From: Syncephalis fuscata S228
Lineage: Eukaryota > Fungi > Zoopagomycota
Direction of reading: 5' to 3'
NCBI GenBank assembly: GCA_025786725.1
Contig: JAHLTZ010000020.1
Coordinates: 124,001-188,000 of the forward strand
DNA length: 64,000 bases
Part shown: positions 52,431 to 64,000 of the stretch, in pieces
How the letters are laid out: every line of letters starts with the position of its first letter
How positions within the stretch are numbered: position 1 is the first letter of the stretch
Made by a program: the position numbers and the translations under genes
The notes under the pieces: model-generated
The model's input: only the letters and a program-made list of their open reading frames with translations
Told to the model about the DNA's origin: nothing
Database searches by the model: none

Positions 52431-52984
52431 AATGCTAAAACGAGTAATGTTATGTAGAATACCAATAATGAATGCGAAATACTAGAATGATATAGCAGCG
52501 ACGCTGTATACAACAACATTGTTTAAATATTGCCACTATGGCTGATCAGAACAATGTATTCGATTGCTATGCAGTAAAACAAAGAGACTGTTGAAAGGAT
52601 TGTTAAAACCTGATTTATTTATTATTGTATCTATTAACAAAAAAGATATGCATAAAAGAAATACCAGTTATGTATTAGTGGTATAACAAAGAATATACAA
52701 GCAAAGGCTGTTCAACTATTTGCACTCAACAATACTTTGTACTGATTAAATTATCCATTGTTTAGTCGTTCAAACAGTTGCCACTAAAAAGTTGAACATA
52801 AATGGCATAAGTCTGTGCCATGTAACCTATTTACCCGTTTATTTTATTATAATTTCTATTAAATCGATAATTAAATCGACGTTGATAAAGAATCCACTAA
52901 TAAGCCATGATGGCAATGATTAAAAAAGAGACCGTCATGAATTGTGTACACGTCATCGACTATTCTCTTTGTTTTCCCAACACC

Positions 52985-53422
52985 ATGATTCCAATTACTT
53001 GTCGTTTACAATCAACCGCTCAGTCTTTTGTACGTTACCGTGGACTATCAACAACGGCAACCGGTAATGAACCTTGTCTATTGCATACTCGAGTAAATAA
53101 CACCTGATACAACTATCTTTTAACAGTGCAACGCCAGTTTCTGGCTATTGCCCATGATTTCACCGACGCAGAAGCACCCAAGCGTCGACTTGCCGTTAGA
53201 CAAGCACACTTGGAACGTGCTCAAGAAATGAAGCAGCGTGGAGAAATACTGTTTGGTGGTGCATTACTAACCTCAGATGACCAAATGAACGGGTCAATTA
53301 TTGTTTTTGAGGCAACGGATGAGGCACAGGTTCGTCGGTGGATAGCCGATGATCCATATGTTGTAGGCCGGGTATGGGATAAGCTGGATATAAAACCATT
53401 CAGATTGGCCAAATTAGAATAA
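52985..53422 (+). CDS. YciI-like protein with probable mitochondrial presequence (2 exons)
   Basis: RRLAVRQAHL, FGGALL, GSIIV and DDPYVVGRVW YCII motifs. Confidence 0.87.
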
Positions 53423-53441
53423 CAGTCTTATTACAAATGGC

Positions 53442-54315
53442 AATTTAAGCGCATGGCTACAAGCTATAAAAGACTGTGCAAATAAAGCTATTATTTTAGT
53501 ATGCAAATTCAATTCAATTGCAATTACATTGTCGTAATAAAACAATAATTACGTAAATAAGCAGTTTTAAATTAAAATTCATTGTATTTATTGTAATTAA
53601 CTTTTTTCCATCAGGAATTTTTAGCTTTTTAGCTTTTTAGCTTTTATTATTCAATAATATTATAAATGCATAATACTGTTACCCAAATCATAATAATTAT
53701 GACTTTTATAATCCAATTCATTTTAGCTTATTATCAAATTTATACGATTACGACTTTTGTTATAAATATGTTAATCTAAGCTACTATTAAAATATTTAAT
53801 ATTGTATTGGACAATTTCTAATAGGCCAGTTTTCTGCTTTTTAGCAGTCAAAACAAACTAAAATTTGTTGTTAAAATTGTTTTTATCAGAATAAATAAAG
53901 CTGTAATTTTTCAAATCGCTTTTTCTTTTAAAATTACAATCGTTAGCAAGCTTAGACTCATCAACGGCAGTCTTCAGTTATTCGATACTGGTAAATATAG
54001 CTTTTTTGAATAGTTAGCTAGACATTGTGTGTAATTAAAAGATACAGTTAGACTATTTCAGTTACTTGTGGCACACAATACAATAACGAAATATATGAAT
54101 AAAAATATTGAAAATAACTAAAGTCTCATTAATAAATAACGTTTAAATTTTAAATAAATTCAAAAACGGTGTATTTTGGTAATTAAAATTAAAAGCAAGG
54201 TATTTCGGTAAATGTCCATATTATAAGTCGTAATTTAAGCACATGGCTACAAAATATGCAATATTGTGTAAATAAAGCTATTACTTTAGTATGCAAATTA
54301 ATTCAATTGCAATTA
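53442..54315 (+). repeat. ~85-bp imperfect direct repeat pair (53442-53526 and 54232-54315)
   Basis: aatttaagc.catggctacaa...aaataaagctatta.tttagtatgcaaatt.aattcaattgcaatta in both copies. Confidence 0.8.
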
Positions 54316-54392
54316 ATTATACAATACAACAATAAAACTGTATTGTGTAATGCCAGCTAGTTTAAATTATTTGTTTCATTAAATATTTGTTT

Positions 54393-56731
54393 TTACAAAA
54401 TATGGTTGCATTGGTGAGTTGTCGCAGAGCATGTGCGGTAACTGTAATTCTTGCTTATATTAGTATAATCGTCTCTACTATCCTGTGACTGTGTTGCATC
54501 GGTATTTGCCGTGGTAATCCATGAGTGCGATCCTGATCCTGATCCCAATGTTTCTGTACTAGCAAATACACTTCCTGAATGTAATTGGGCCGGTTGTTTT
54601 TGATAGCCGTCGTACGTCTGAAAATGCATTATTCGATTAAATTGTTGTGGCGTAAGCAATCCAGAGCTATTCTGTTCGGATTGTGGCCGTTCTACTTCGG
54701 ATAAAGTATTGTTGTGTTGGTCTTCATGGTTGCTTGACGGTAATGGAGCTTGGGACATGTTTTGCATGTTGGGCATAGACGATTGACGGCCACGCTTCAT
54801 GCCGATCCAATTACGAAGGCGGTTATGCCAATTATTGGCAGTATTATCTGCCGAGTCACCGTTATTGATATATGTAATAAATGATGCTCGTGCTTTGCGT
54901 TTAGTCATCACCCTTGGCCATGCAAAGCCAAGTACACAAAGACAGATGATGCATTGCATGACTAGTTTGCATTGTAGAAGAACATAAAATGTTGCTCTGG
55001 TACTAATGCTCATGTCTTCAGCTCTCATAGATACAAAACTGTAATAAGATGTTTCAATACAAGCGACAATAAAAGTTAAAGCTGCTAAGCCCGAGAATAA
55101 CGCCAACTAATTGATAACAGTGGTTAGACAAACTAAATAATGACATAAGGACACTTACTGTAGTAAACTGTAATCTTGCTGGCGGATGATCTCTCACTCG
55201 ATAAGCACTCCATGCAAACCAACTTGCTGTTGTTTCAGCAAATATTAGTGTCATGTACAATATGTCGACTATATCCGCCACTTACTAAATCCTGATAAAA
55301 GAAGAAAACCGATAATGGGAAGAGGAAACAATATGTACCTATACATTCCTTGTAGCAGCGCATCATTGTCTACTGTGTTTCCGATAGTAAAAATAAATAA
55401 ATTAACACCATAGCCAACAAGTGTAAACAAAGTATCGAATAGAATAGCTAGGCGAAAAAAAATAATGCCTGCTTTTGAAAAGATAACTCTGCTACGAATC
55501 GAGCTACAATTTTATACCGTTATCAATAGTTATACTATATAATATATATATTCATCATCCGTTGTACTTACCAGTATAAAAGAAACATGTCAAATAAAAG
55601 CGTCGCTACAGTAAACACCACACCGCCAACAATACGACCACGATACGTGTAGAATGACATGTTTAAATAGATTAAACATACTATTATCAAAAAAACAATG
55701 CGCAAATAGATTATTAATAGACTGCAAATTAGCGTGTCAACAGCAATAATTACCAATGTTTGTGATACTAGCAACGGCAAAAATACCAGTTCTAAGATCT
55801 CGAGGCATTGCTTTTAGTTTTAAAAGTTTAATCACTCGAGCCCAAGTATAACAGAGCATTAACAGCACCTAATAAACTATTAACACCACAATATTACAAA
55901 TAATGCTCCAATTACCAAGACAAACAATGCCCATGGATAATTTGTAAATCCAGTTGATAGAAATACGTCATTCCACGGTCCTTGTTCTACAGTCATAGTA
56001 ATACAAATAATCTAATGTAGTAGCCTATAAATCATATACAAACTATTTACCTTGTTCAGCTTCAAAGTAAAAGCCGAATGTTTTTATAATCTTGGATTCA
56101 AACAACAGCTTACTAGATGTTTGATTTAAAAAGGTCGCATCAATAATGGGGGGCCCTTCTGGTATTCTGGACGGGTTACGCGTTGTATACATTCGTGCAC
56201 CCGGTCCCCATACTGGAGTTGTACTGTTGGAGAACATAATAAACACAAGAAGGCTAATCGGCGGAAAGCCCGCCTGGTGTAACTCGTCTGAAAGATTTTT
56301 CGCCGCTAATCCAACCTACGCACCATAATTCATATTGACATCAATACTAATGTTCTACAGTAATCAGACGCACTTACTTGCGCAATGGTTTGGCAGCCCG
56401 CATTAAGCGCCTGTTCTCTAAATAAAAACAGTGCGGTATCTGAGTACTCCGCCGCACGTTGCGCCGTCTTCACTATAATGGATCGGTTTGGGTCAACGGG
56501 TATAAATGTACACTCAGAACCCGGTATTGTATTATTTGCCCATGGCCATAGAATGCTCGTTCCATTACGGACATAATATGGCTGGCGGTAGTTGAAATAG
56601 TCGAGTGTCGAAAAGGTTAGCGTATTATTGCCGTCGCCTATACTAAGTCTGCCCTCGCAGAATGTAGATGGACATAGAATCCATACAATGGTGAATATTA
56701 AATACGATAGGAAGTACCGAATAGGGTACAT
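54393..56731 (-). CDS. Signal peptide + PA-like domain + 7TM protein, paralog 3
   Basis: STLDYFNYRQPYY, LWPW, AGCQTIAQ|, GFPPISLLVF, WGP, PEGPPIIDATFL, AEQ|EQGPWNDVFLS, about 7 hydrophobic helices, VLGFAWP, long tail. Confidence 0.8.
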
Positions 56732-57210
56732 TTTAATAAAATAATAATGAATATATAAAAGTTGTAGTCGTGGTTGGATAAATAAGGCGAGAAAACATCT
56801 ATTATTCGATTCAATTATGAATATGGAATTAAGTATGCAAAGAACAAGGTGCAAGTGCGAAAAAGATCAAAGTGAAAAAAAGGCGATACTGGCAATGATA
56901 TAGAGTAAAATATTGGAGATAATAATAAATCATCGTCTAGCCATGTGGCTCACCTTGCACATGCAGTCAGAGGCGGTCAGCTGTATAATGATGCTCGGGG
57001 AAATGATCCTCATTCAGGTATACAAACTGGTTAATATATCGGTTCGGACAAGTACGTGTTTCATCCATGAATAGAAAATAACCGTAAATATAGTTTAACA
57101 ATTATTTGTGTTACAAACGTTTGTCAAATTTCTAATTATAAACACACACAATTACAATAGATTATAGATGAATTTTAAAAATACACCGCTTAACAACATT
57201 ATACATACAC

Positions 57211-57307
57211 AATACTGTTACTCAAATAATAATAAAAATGGCTTTTTATAATCCAATTTACTCTAGCTTATTATCAGTATTATACATTTGCAACTTTTGT
57301 TATAAAT
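57211..57307 (+). repeat. ~96-bp imperfect direct repeat of 53672-53767
   Basis: aatactgttac.caaat...ttttataatccaatt...tagcttattatca...acttttgttataaat in both copies. Confidence 0.75.
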
Positions 57308-57826
57308 TGCTGATTAAGTTGTTAAAAGTTAAAGACATTTGATATTAGTACTATTTTATTAAATTATATTTTTATTTATCTTTTTAAAAAGAATATTTTG
57401 AAATTCAACTAAATTATAATGAATTTTAAAACAATGTAAATTGCACTTATATTCTTGTTATACAAATGACTAATGGCTTTTATTGATTCATAATGATCAT
57501 TTGTACCATTCACAAGTGTACTCAAAGTGTTAATCAATAAGATAATGATTGATAAAAATAGCTGATAGTCTCAAGAAGAGAAGCGCACATAAAAGACAAA
57601 GGTAAACGATAGCATAGCAGTAGTGTGACCATGCGTCGAATAGTACAACAACAACAACAATGGCAGTGATTGTCATTATGCAAATACTATCATGTGTCGA
57701 TGCAACAAAGTTCCAGCTTATTTTACCACCCGGGGTAAGCATAAGCACAGACACATGATAGCTCATCATCATAATGATACTATAGCTGCCAGAGACCAGT
57801 ACTATTCCATAGATGGGTGTAACAAA

Positions 57827-59359
57827 TTACCAGACACGGTAAGTGTTGGCATCTGATGGCTCATTGCTGTAGCTATCTTCGTCTTCTTCGTTTTCTTCTA
57901 TTTGACCCTGACTGCCTTGATGATGTGGCATAGCTTGACCATTGAAATGGCAGCATTCCACTGTTGTTGTCTCCAGGACTGGTTGTGATGGTCGTTAGTG
58001 TTGGCGGTAAAGGCCGATGGCGCACTGCCCATGCGAGCTACACGGCGTGGTGGCACAGGCGGTTTTGACGATACAGGTGCAGGTGTGAGCGTGTTGACGA
58101 CGCCCTTGGACATCACACTGCTACGACGACGGCGACGAGGTAATGCTGCTTCAATAGCTTGATCTACATTCATGATGACGGAGTTTGTGTCCGAATCAGA
58201 ATAGCTATCGTACATGTCATCGTCATCCTCGTCATCCTCATCATCATCAAGATAGTCGTCGACATTCAGGTTATTGGCTGGTGTGTTGCGTGAATTGATA
58301 TTATTGCGTGCAAAGTTGCCTCGGCCTACAATAGCCTTGGGTGATATTACGGTATTATTGCCAGCAAGCGTGTCATCTTCGGTCCATTTTGGTAAATCCA
58401 AAGCGATGGCAGTGTTTGGAGATTGATTGTTGCGTGAATGGCTTATAATAGGCAATGGGATTTACGACCGCAGTTATCAGCTAGTTCCTGACCAGCTGCG
58501 TTAACTGAGGCAGCCCAATCTGCTGCATTGCCACCGTAGACGCCGTCTGTGTTAAAATAAGGAAGGCCAGGTGCTTGCACCATAGCGTCATCAAATCCGT
58601 CCATATCAGCACGGTTTGCCCCTGACATGCGTACAACACGGGGGGAGATTTGTACAGCCAAATGGCTGGTTGATTCATGTTCGTAACCGGTAGAATTGAT
58701 TGAAGCAGTGTCGTCAAAATCTTGTTCTGATGGATTGGCACCTGTTTTATGCGCACCTCGGGAATGTTTCGTGCCGTATTAGGTGATAAAGAGGCATTGC
58801 CTGTAAAGACCCGCGAAAACCAAGTGTGCTCAGCCTTGGCATTATTATGGCTAAAGCTACGACGTGGGCTTTTAGGTGGAGTAATATCAATCATTGTATC
58901 GGCGGTAAGATTAAGTGGTTGACCGTTGAATCTACCGGTAGAATTAGGCAAAGTAGTCATGTCGGTTGGTTCGGCGGATGGCTTGCCATCAGCATTAGCT
59001 TTGCGTTGTTGTACACGTCGATGTTGAATAAGACCGGCCACAATAAGTGCTACACCACCAACAGCTATTCCACAGCCAGCAATCACTACTGTTTTATTAG
59101 ATGTTGTCTGCGTACCATTATCCGAACTGGCATCACTAGTATTTGCGGCACTGTCAGATTCAGATGCTGCTGAAGATACTAGCGCTGCAGATGCGTCGAC
59201 CTGTTTAATCGGGCCGTTACTACCGGCTGATGTAGTGGTAGAGCCGGAAATAGCAGATGGACTAGAGCCAGTTTGTGGCAAACTAGCCACACTATTAAGT
59301 GCGCTGGCCGCTATCAATAGCCAGGCAGTAGCTCTTAATATATTGGTGATAGAAGTCAT
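57827..59359 (-). CDS. Single-pass type I membrane protein (Mid2/Wsc-like architecture), broken by ~3 one-nt indels
   Basis: Signal peptide, Ser/Thr-rich ectodomain, TM VVIAGCGIAVGGVALIVAGLI + HRRVQQRK, long disordered tail across ORFs 58481/58443/57898 ending TYRVW*. Confidence 0.65.
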
Positions 59360-62045
59360 TGTGTTCAAGGATAAAGCAAATAAAGCAAAAGGTATTAGCG
59401 ATCGGCTGGTTGATAGGCCACGTGTAATAGTGTTAACCAGAAATACGCAAAATCCAAGCAAATTAAAGAAGATATATGTTGGCGTGACAATAGAACGTCT
59501 TTTGGAAAGAAAACAAAATATCAAGGCGTGCTAGTGGATTAGCTACAAAAATAAACAAAGAGTATATGGATTACCCGAAGCAAAAAAAGGAGTGAACAAT
59601 AGTTAAATTGAATAGCTACAAGGGATTATTAGCAAATAATTGCTGCCGCCAAAGCAATGATTGTCGTGTGAAGTGACTTGTAGTCGAAATAACGTAGATT
59701 TTAAAAGTTGGATTATCACAAGTGAAATACGAGTAATATCTGCAACTGAAGTCCAGGGTCGATAGGAATGTAAATATTCTTGATTACTATTTCTACTTCA
59801 ATATGTCCCACCAGGAAACAATCGTAATTGAATGTAGAAAGGTGGTCAAATGATTTTACGTAAATTGATCAATTCAAACTATTTGAATTAAACAGGCAAA
59901 CGGTCGATTAATCAATTAATTTGTTAGATGACTGGCTGACTGGCTGACTGGTTGGTTGATCACTAAGACTGATTGATACAGTAATAGTGGCTAAGCGTTA
60001 GATAAATAGCCGGCGATAATAATAGCAACAGCAAATGACTGTGCTGGACTTGGCAGTGATAGCAGACGTACAGGTACTTCAGTAACTACAGTAAATAAAC
60101 ATAAATAAAGGGAAATGGCTGGTTAGTAAGTAAATAAGTAGGCAGCGAATAGGTATGGATGTAGTTGCGAGAGGTCAACACGGAGAACGATATGGAAGGT
60201 CAGTAGATGTATAAGTCCTGACCGCCCTCCTTGACTACATCATCGAACCGGTTCAAGGTTACATCAAAGTACAGATATAGGCCTTGCAGCGTTCTTTCCC
60301 GAACGTTATTGCTACCACACCATATGCTGACTTTATGCTGTGACATCGATAAATATCCCATTATATATTAATAAAAATGCAAGATACAACGAAAGAAAAG
60401 GAATGTTTGTAAGGCTATAGCTTATGGCTACATATTGCATATCAATAAAGAACAAACAAGATAATATTGTGCCAAGCACACAATGTACACTGAGCGGTGT
60501 ATCAGAAGATGGTCATATTGCATATTAATAGGCCTAATCCGTGCATTTGCAGATCAAACAATGTCGTTGTTGTCACGTTTAGGCGTCAACACTTACATGG
60601 AAAGTAGAAAGTAGAAAGCTAGACTTGAACTGCAAGGTTGCAGTGGCACAAATACAGAAAGTTACAGAATAGAAACAGAGTGCGGACAAGCGGACGAATA
60701 CATAGAACACCCTTCAAGGGTAGAAAGTTAGGGCCGGTTAATACGGTAGTTCCAATTACTGAATATTACGGCGGTAATATCAGTATGGACCGCAATGGTA
60801 GGAATAGGTTAACGAAAAAGACCGGAATAAAGTGGTTAATACTGTTTAATTACAACAATATTAGACCAAGTAGAACAGTAAGTAGTAACGATAGTAGTAG
60901 AGTAGAACAGTAGAGTAGTAGTAGAATAGGAATAGTAGTAAAAGACTAGGAGAAAAAGATAACTGGAGAATCGTGTGTCCTACACACGCAGATTAAACGT
61001 AAGTGAAGAGAAGGATTGCCACAAAGGAAGAAACCAGTTATGCAAGCAGCCTTGCATAACATTTAAATCTGCCATGCGCCGACTACGAAATGGCTATTCT
61101 TGGAACCACATACTCGTGATATTCCAGAGAGAAACCGGACTGCTTTCAAACAGGTAACCTTTGCCAAATGCGATAATAATAATTGTCTCCGATTAACCAC
61201 GCAGCCACTAGAAAGCAGGATTGGATTACTTTTCCGCTTCTACAAATGGTGACTGGGTTTGAATATTGACTGTTTTGCTCAATCAATTAAACTGTTGGTG
61301 CTATAACTAAGACTTGAGTTGTGCATCAGAACAAACCTTTTGGTCCCATTAATGCAAACGACATATTAGAATTATAGCGATACAAGTCACACCGTTTTCA
61401 TTGCAATTTATAAATAATATTAGTATGCAACAATGATCTTTGACGAGCCCTGACATCCCTGGCAATTCTTTAACTATTTTAAAAAATAAAAATTACACAT
61501 TTGACATAACACAATAAATTCATTAACAAATATACAGCATAAAATAACTTAACAATACACACATTTTAATAAATATTATCTATTTATACTCAGTCTATTC
61601 TTTTCAATGTCATTTGATCCAAAATGACAAAGCCAGCGACTATCTACATTTCGGTTGAAATAAAATTTAGCTATTTCAATATAGATATCAGATAATGGCT
61701 TTTAGACGCTAATTTATTTAAGCAATTTGAGATGAACACAGTGGTTGAAGTTGATAAAATGAACAGTTGGAAATGTGTGTCAAAAGTTAATTACTTTATT
61801 ATTTGGTGTGTAAAGTTAATGTTAATTATATAGTATAGCTATAAATGCAGGAAAGGAAGAAATATCAGATGAAATATTAGGGGAGTATTTACATAGTTAA
61901 ATAATATTATTGTTGTCAGTAGACTACTTAGATAGGTCGTATGTTGGAGCATTTGCTCAACAAGTGATTGGGTCACATTGGATGTGATTATTTGATTGCT
62001 TTTTATACACAAAATATCACTGTTGTAATAATTGACTAGTGCCGA

Positions 62046-63313
62046 TTGTCTAAAATAAAGTGTCAATGTCTGCATATTTAAATGACAATTTGCTAAATAA
62101 ATGCACTAATACTATTCATTGCTACTGTATTAGATATAAATAAGTTGGAGATAAATTTTATTTATTTATTTAAGATTAATCAGAGCAAACAGAAGATGAA
62201 TCATGTACTACTGTAATGATGCGTATCAATATTTCTATAATTAAAAGGATACAATCAACTTATGCACGGTAGTAGGTAGCTGTGAAGAAGTAAAGGTTTA
62301 TATAGTAATGCTACCGTTGCATTGGTGTTCTAAGCTGTTTGAGATGCATGCAAGTATTGAGATTAGGATTATCGGCGAAAGTAACAATAAAGGCATAAAT
62401 GTGCATCGTTATTGTTTCGGTAGAACTAATAGATTAATCAGCTTTGCATTGTTGAGCAGTGTAGAAACATTGAAAAAATAATCAATACATTTTATCAAGC
62501 GCTTAATACTTCTCCTGATGTTACTTTTTTCCTATCTGCAAAGCTATTATATATATTGGAAATAATACATAGTCGTTTAATAAATATCAACCTTTTTACT
62601 ACTTGATTTCGTTTTCAGCAATAGTCATCATTATATTCGTCCATATTGTTTATTTATTTGTTTGTGTAGGCAAATCACTATTAACATGAAACCTTCTATT
62701 GCTGTTGTCTGCACCATCCTTGTGACTTTTGTGGCCGATACAGCCATGGTGGATGCTAAATCAGCTATGATTCGTCGTAGTATGTTGTAATTGCACCAGT
62801 TTATTATTCAACTAATTAAATACTGTTTTTATTACCAAACTAACAATTTAGATCGTAAGTAATTTCATTAACAATTGATCATACGCTGCTTATACGTTAT
62901 TTTCGCATGTATTTCATAATTTGTATTAATGTTGGTAAGTGGCATTGTATATTGCCTGTTATATATTAATATTATTATCTATGTCATATTTACTTATAAA
63001 CATAGAATAGGCATACTTCCAGGGCATTTGCATTGACGGCTTAATTGAACTCCTATTCCAACATACTTTGGATATATATTTGGCAAAAACAAGACCATTC
63101 AACAACTGTTGTTTAGCCATTTATACACCAAGTTTCAGCCAATGTTCCAGTTTACTCGCCTTTTACTCAATGGCAGCATCATATTATAACATCTTGCAAT
63201 TGATGGTGTTTACTCGACTATGCAAGATTGTAGTAATAAAATCATGATTCCACTTAACTCACTTTGATCTAGTTATTGTAATTATACTCGTGTTTTATTT
63301 ATATTCAATGATT
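62046..63313 (+). repeat. Direct copy of 35440-36716
   Basis: About 1.27 kb near-identical sequence. Confidence 0.92.
62686..62779 (+). CDS. Exon 1 of small secreted pre-pro-peptide gene (copy 3)
   Basis: MKPSIAVVCTILVTFVADTAMVDAKSAMIRR + GTATGT donor; putative microexon at 62852-62854. Confidence 0.5.
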
Positions 63314-63567
63314 TATAAGTTATTCTGTATTAGTAATCGATATATATTAATATAATTGATGACAATACTATTATCAGTAGTATTGAAAATGATATAATAT
63401 ATTTGTCGATATTTACAATAAACAGCAACTAACTAGTAGCCATTACTACACTATAAATGAAGATTACACTAAACCAAACTACACTTCAATATATACCAAA
63501 CAAATAATATATTCAACAGCAAAAATATCATATTATACAGGAGTAGAAAAAACGAAAATAGTCCTCA

Positions 63568-64000
63568 TTACAACCAAGGACGGAATGAAGCATTATTATA
63601 ACTAGATGATGATGATGATGATGATGATGGTTGAGATAATACTATATCCTGTTGAGATGTATTCGTATTAAGCTGTTTAACACGATCTTGCTCTACTTGC
63701 TCCTCTGATTCATTCAAAGCATCTTGTTTTGACGTACTTTCTTCAACCAACGGAAAAGCATAGTCAGAGCCTTTCCTATTAATAGCCGCATGATTATCAC
63801 TATGCTTTTCATTCGGTGGCGAATTCGTCAAGGCTGGGGACGGCGGAGAGTCTATCGCACCCATAGGCAATCTTAGTAAGTGAGAAGGCTTTACTTTAGA
63901 TGATAGATTCACACTAACGTTTGAAGAGGTTGATGAAGACGGCGAATACGAAGAGCTATCACGACCCTCGATCATTGATGACTTATTCGCTAATTGCGTA
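63568..64000 (-). CDS. 3' end of an unidentified Ser-rich protein extending beyond the window
   Basis: Open frame to the window edge, low-complexity Ser/Pro, ends FRPWL*. Confidence 0.6.
   Translation of the reverse strand, partial: TQLANKSSMIEGRDSSSYSPSSSTSSNVSVNLSSKVKPSHLLRLPMGAIDSPPSPALTNSPPNEKHSDNHAAINRKGSDYAFPLVEESTSKQDALNESEEQVEQDRVKQLNTNTSQQDIVLSQPSSSSSSSSSYNNASFRPWL

Noticed and set aside
59530-62000. Short ORFs and simple repeats upstream of the Mid2-like gene
   Set aside because: No motifs or convincing splice structure; consistent with a long regulatory or 5'UTR region.

Overview
AT-rich, intron-dense eukaryotic DNA from an early-diverging fungus. I infer Zoopagomycota/Mucoromycota, possibly a Syncephalis-like mycoparasite, from the short GT-AG introns, retained SNAPC1 and U12-type intron, and lineage-type secreted proteins. 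About 25 protein genes are recognisable: arginase, TBCC plus a divergent TBCC-domain paralog, SLC1, SNAPC1, EMG1, a membrane-anchored GT5, three paralogous PA-like-domain 7TM proteins, a PLA2-XII-like Pro-rich secreted protein, a DMT transporter, TOM7, YPP1/TTC7, two intronless divergent alpha-tubulins, an Asn-rich secreted protein, EF1-beta (hosting a U18/snR18 snoRNA), an AT-hook/HMG mitochondrial protein, a Dbf2 kinase, NC2-alpha (with a U12-type intron), THOC7, YciI and a Mid2-like membrane protein. Several features are absent from the ORF track: a decayed Fanzor/TnpB C-terminus (~45350-45560), a long-TIR MITE-like family (4 copies), and a mosaic of locally captured gene fragments copied 2-3 times, which includes a pre-pro-peptide exon followed by a putative 3-nt microexon. 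Many genes carry isolated 1-nt indels that are probably consensus errors. All family assignments come from motif recognition by eye; no searches were run, and some boundaries are approximate.
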